A stretch of 63,753 nucleotides of DNA, filler included. It is 8 parts of 8 records of this genome, joined end to end, with 100 filler letters (N's around TTAATTAATTAA, not from the genome) between each part and the next. Parts side by side here need not be neighbours in the genome. Positions count along the whole stretch, not along the records: positions 59,926 to 63,753 come from SRR7504441_767; 7 more parts are not named here. One strand, written 5' to 3'. The notes under the pieces are model-generated. The model searched no databases. It had not been told where the DNA came from and saw nothing but the letters and a program-made list of their open reading frames with translations. Shown here in pieces: positions 60,577 through 63,753 of the stretch. Position 1 is the stretch's first letter. Every line of letters begins with the position of its first letter. The translations under genes and the position numbers were made by a program.

Positions 60577-61859
60577 TCACGGTGGATCTGCCCGGTAGAA
60601 CACCGCCTTGTTGTCCGAGAGCCCAAAGTCACTCTGCCTATTGCACTGCTGAGCGGTGTGGCCCTCTTGCAGGCAAACATAGCACCGCGAGTGATCATGA
60701 GGGCAATCGCCCGAAGCCAGCCTCAAGCACTTATCAAAATTGTGGAACCGGCACAAAAACAGCTCGGGCGCCGACTTGTGATCCAGCCCAGCCGGCACAT
60801 CCCCTACCGATTTGGGTGGATAGTAGAGCGGGTGCCTGATAAACCTATATACAGCATAAAGTCGTTAGTACACAGCAGCCTTAATCTGGCTGCCTGCTCC
60901 CGCCCGAATGAACCCTTGAGGCCGCCCCAGCGTGCGCCGCCGCCTCCAGCTTGGCCCACCAGCCTCGGCAGCCGAGCACAGGGTCGCCCACTAGCTCGGG
61001 AGGCGCCGGCTCGCCTGGCTGGCCACGGCAATGATTAACAGCGTCCCTGCTAAAGCTAACGCGCACAAGCCGCCGTGCGGGCTGACCGGTGCAGGTTCCG
61101 GGCCTTGACTACTATCAGCCGAGGCCGAACCGCCTGCTCTATTAACGGCAAGATCAGCCCGAGCGCTTCCTTCTGCCGATCTCCGCCTGCAGATCCGGTC
61201 AGCTATTAATCGTAATAATGAGTGGCTTTGCACCGATATCGACAGCCACAAAGCTTGGGTCAAACTGCCTGGCTATCTCAAGAAACTCGGACACGGCCTC
61301 CAGCACGTTGCACTGCTCGAAACGGATCTGCGGGTACTCGGCCCGGGCCTGCATCACCTGCCTCGGGTTGGCCTCGGGGACCGGGGGCCGATGGCACCGC
61401 CTCCTCGGACACATCTAGCCCGAGACAGTGGGTGCTGCCAACCATCTCGGCGAGCACTGCGGTGGACAGCCCGTACGACGACCCGACGTCCATGCAACGC
61501 TCGCCCGCCCGCGGCTGCGACCGGCACAGACTGCGGAACTCGTCTGTCTTGGCGCAGACTACTACCGCGTGCGGCCGACTGCACTGGCGCTGGACCCGGG
61601 AGCGGCGGCAGAGAAAGCTGCCGCCAACGTCGTACCGCACCATCACCCGCTCCCTAGTGGCCTCGGGGCTGGATACCACCCGGCCGCGGCCGGTGCTTCG
61701 GTCCGAGGCGAGCCGGACGTAGACCGGATCCGCAGGCCGGAGCGCGGCGGGTGGGCCCCGGGCCGGCCAGGTGGTGTAAGCGAACCCGTGGCTGTCGCAC
61801 CAGCTCGGGTCCTCCCAGTACGACCGGTGCGGCGGCGCAGCCGGCTGCCACTGGCTCAT
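60577..61859 (-). CDS. Class I SAM-dependent methyltransferase with C-terminal CCCH and CCHC zinc fingers, multi-exon
   Basis: CMDVGSSYGLST…LGLDVS, YPQIRFEQCNV, VDIGGDR, PRLIVVK; CRFHN…C…CPHDH and CYVCLQEGHTAQQC. Four introns. Confidence 0.8.
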
Positions 61860-61944
61860 TTTATTCAGCGTCCGTCGGGCCGCCTTGGGCGTGCGCTGTC
61901 CGTTATTCATCTGCAAGCTGACCGGGCGTGGTGCTGATCGTCTG

Positions 61945-62584
61945 ATGCAGACGCCGAACTTCAAGGGCCTCGACGGGCTGGGCGATCTCACCCGGGAGGG
62001 ACGGGACCGGCTCGGCTGCGCGCTGGCACTCGGGCTGTGCGCGCCTCGCTGGGCCCCGCCGAGCCGCCGGGGGCAGCGCAACAGCTTCCGCCGCCTCGGT
62101 GGCGATATGCACAGCGGATAAGCTCAGCTGCACCAGCCGGGCCGCGCGCGGTTCGGTGGGGCTGGCGGCCGGTGGGCTGGAAGTGCCGGCTGGCGCTGTA
62201 GCAGGGGCAGGTGCCCTGATGGGCGGGGCGGTGGCTCTAGGATGCAGTGGCAAATCGGTGGGTCTGAGTCTGACCGGATTGCTGGCTGGGGCGGCCGCTG
62301 GACTGTATGCGGCCGATCAGGCCAGGGGCTGAGCGGGAGGCAGGCTCGGGGCGATGCAGGCGCTGCCCGAGGATGGGGAAGGCGGCAAGGAGAGCACCAA
62401 ACGCAAGAGCCGTAGCCGGGAGGGCCGTTCGGAGGGCAAGCCAACGGCCGAGGGAGCGGAGTGGCCGCGGCTGCTGCGCGAGATGAACGAGCTGCTAGAG
62501 GCCGGGCTGATAAGCCAGGATGAGTTTATTCGGGAACGGAAAATGTTGTTTGACCGCAGGGGCGCGCATGCTGACAAACCGTGA
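61945..62584 (+). CDS. Small membrane protein with C-terminal SHOCT domain
   Basis: Gly/Ala-rich hydrophobic helices; LREMNELLEAGLISQDEFIRERKML fits the SHOCT consensus. Two GT-AG introns (second 62306-62343). Confidence 0.65.
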
Positions 62585-62842
62585 TCACGTACGCAGTGCG
62601 CAGTGTAATTTGTGCCAATTGATATAACCTATTGCAACGATCGTTTTTACAATTGTTTACTATAGTGCTCAGTCGAGTGTTGCGTACTGTGTAGTAACCT
62701 GTATACATGTACAGTCTGAGACTGAACCTCGAATCATGTGTCGAGTGTTTTTAGAATGTTCCGGCCGCCTGACAACTTGCGCGAGCTGCGTGGCTTGGTC
62801 GGCGGTTATCAAAGCTGCTGCCGGGATGAGTAGTCAGAGTAG

Positions 62843-63711
62843 TCATCCTTCTGGTAGCCGCCCTGCAAGCAATCTTGGTGATGGGCAGTCAAGTGGCGGC
62901 ACCTCGACTGGAGGGTAATTGGCGCCTCCTCCATGAACGCTGCCTCCTCCTCCCCCGGGCTGAGTATAAATCGGTTCAGTGTCCATGAGCGGTGCGGCCG
63001 CCTCATCAGTGGCGCCGCAGCAACTGAAGCAGTTGTCGCAGCATTCACGGCTGCAGTCACAGCAGCCCATTTCGCGACAGGGGCCACAGGTGATCAGGTA
63101 GCCAATCTTTTCGCAGCAGTCGTTCTCTTTGCATATCCACACCACGGCGACGATGCATCCAATCAAAAACCCGAACAGGGCGATACTGCATATGATGAGT
63201 CCAGCCAGGTAGGAGGCGTGGTCCTGTTGCAAATAAATACATCATTCCAACAAGATCAATGCAATGACTAATTAATCATCACCTCTTCGCATTGGCTCAA
63301 CTTGGCTTCGGTGCCATATTGGTCAAACCAGCAGGGAACGACGGAATTGGCGGCCGCATACGCGTCCAGCAAACTGCCCTTGTCCGTGTTCGTGAATCCT
63401 GGCCCGCACCAGCTCGCCTCTCGGGTGCCTGAGAAGTCGGGAACTGTAGAGACTACGTAGACTGTGGCTCTGTAGGTGCAGGTATCACAGGTTTGGGTGT
63501 CCCCGGAGCCGACGCAGTTACAAGAGTAGGTGCCAGTTGACCCGGCCCCGGTGACCTGGCAAGTTGTGGCCGGCCAGTCCTGGTGACTTTTCTGAGTGTT
63601 GTAGTTGTCGTCGCAGGCATAAATACCATATGAGAGACCGGCCATCGCGCCAGCCGAAACCAACAGGCATACGATCGCACAGCACGTGTTGTCGCCCCTG
63701 CCCTTCCCCAT
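62843..63711 (-). CDS. Two-TM protein with Cys-rich extracellular loop (BK-channel beta-subunit-like topology) and Cys-rich tail
   Basis: TM1 (AIVCLLVSAGAMAGLSYGIY), WPATTCQV, VVPCWFD, TM2, then CC-rich tail. Intron 63224-63282. Confidence 0.6.
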
Positions 63712-63753
63712 GACGAAGTTGGCGCCCGCGTCGGGCGTCCGCACTGTGACTTT

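Noticed and set aside
62321-62359. Apparent GC-AG intron in the SHOCT gene
   Set aside because: A canonical GTATGC donor at 62306 with an acceptor at 62343 restores the frame.

Overview
Eukaryotic (protist-like) genomic DNA, not prokaryotic. It consists of eight contigs joined artificially by 100-nt linkers (44 N + TTAATTAATTAA + 44 N), so gene neighbourhoods across linkers mean nothing. The DNA is gene-dense, with many short spliceosomal introns (mostly about 35-80 nt, a notable minority GC-AG). Recognisable genes: ATG11/RB1CC1, a SIRT4-type sirtuin, an ARM-repeat protein, an EF-hand protein, a roughly 3,000-aa TRIP12/UFD4-type HECT E3 ligase with unusual extra domains, an ankyrin protein, an APH/EcKinase-like kinase, an RCC1-repeat protein, a cryptochrome/photolyase, a 2OG-Fe(II) oxygenase, a beta-helix multi-TM surface protein, a GT41/OGT-like transferase, a >18-kb PPC/EGF-repeat surface protein gene, a methyltransferase, and small membrane proteins. 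The most striking signal is two separate IP3-receptor-like genes on different contigs. Each is reduced to about 1.2-1.8 kb of collinear fragments that run from the true N-terminus to the true C-terminus and are joined at frameshifting junctions, while very long genes elsewhere in the window are intact. Also notable: an intron apparently created by a 21-nt exon duplication, a telomere-like insert in an intron, and cell-wall-binding-like and histone-fold-like modules in the HECT ligase. All homology calls and intron models were made by eye from recalled motifs; no searches were run.
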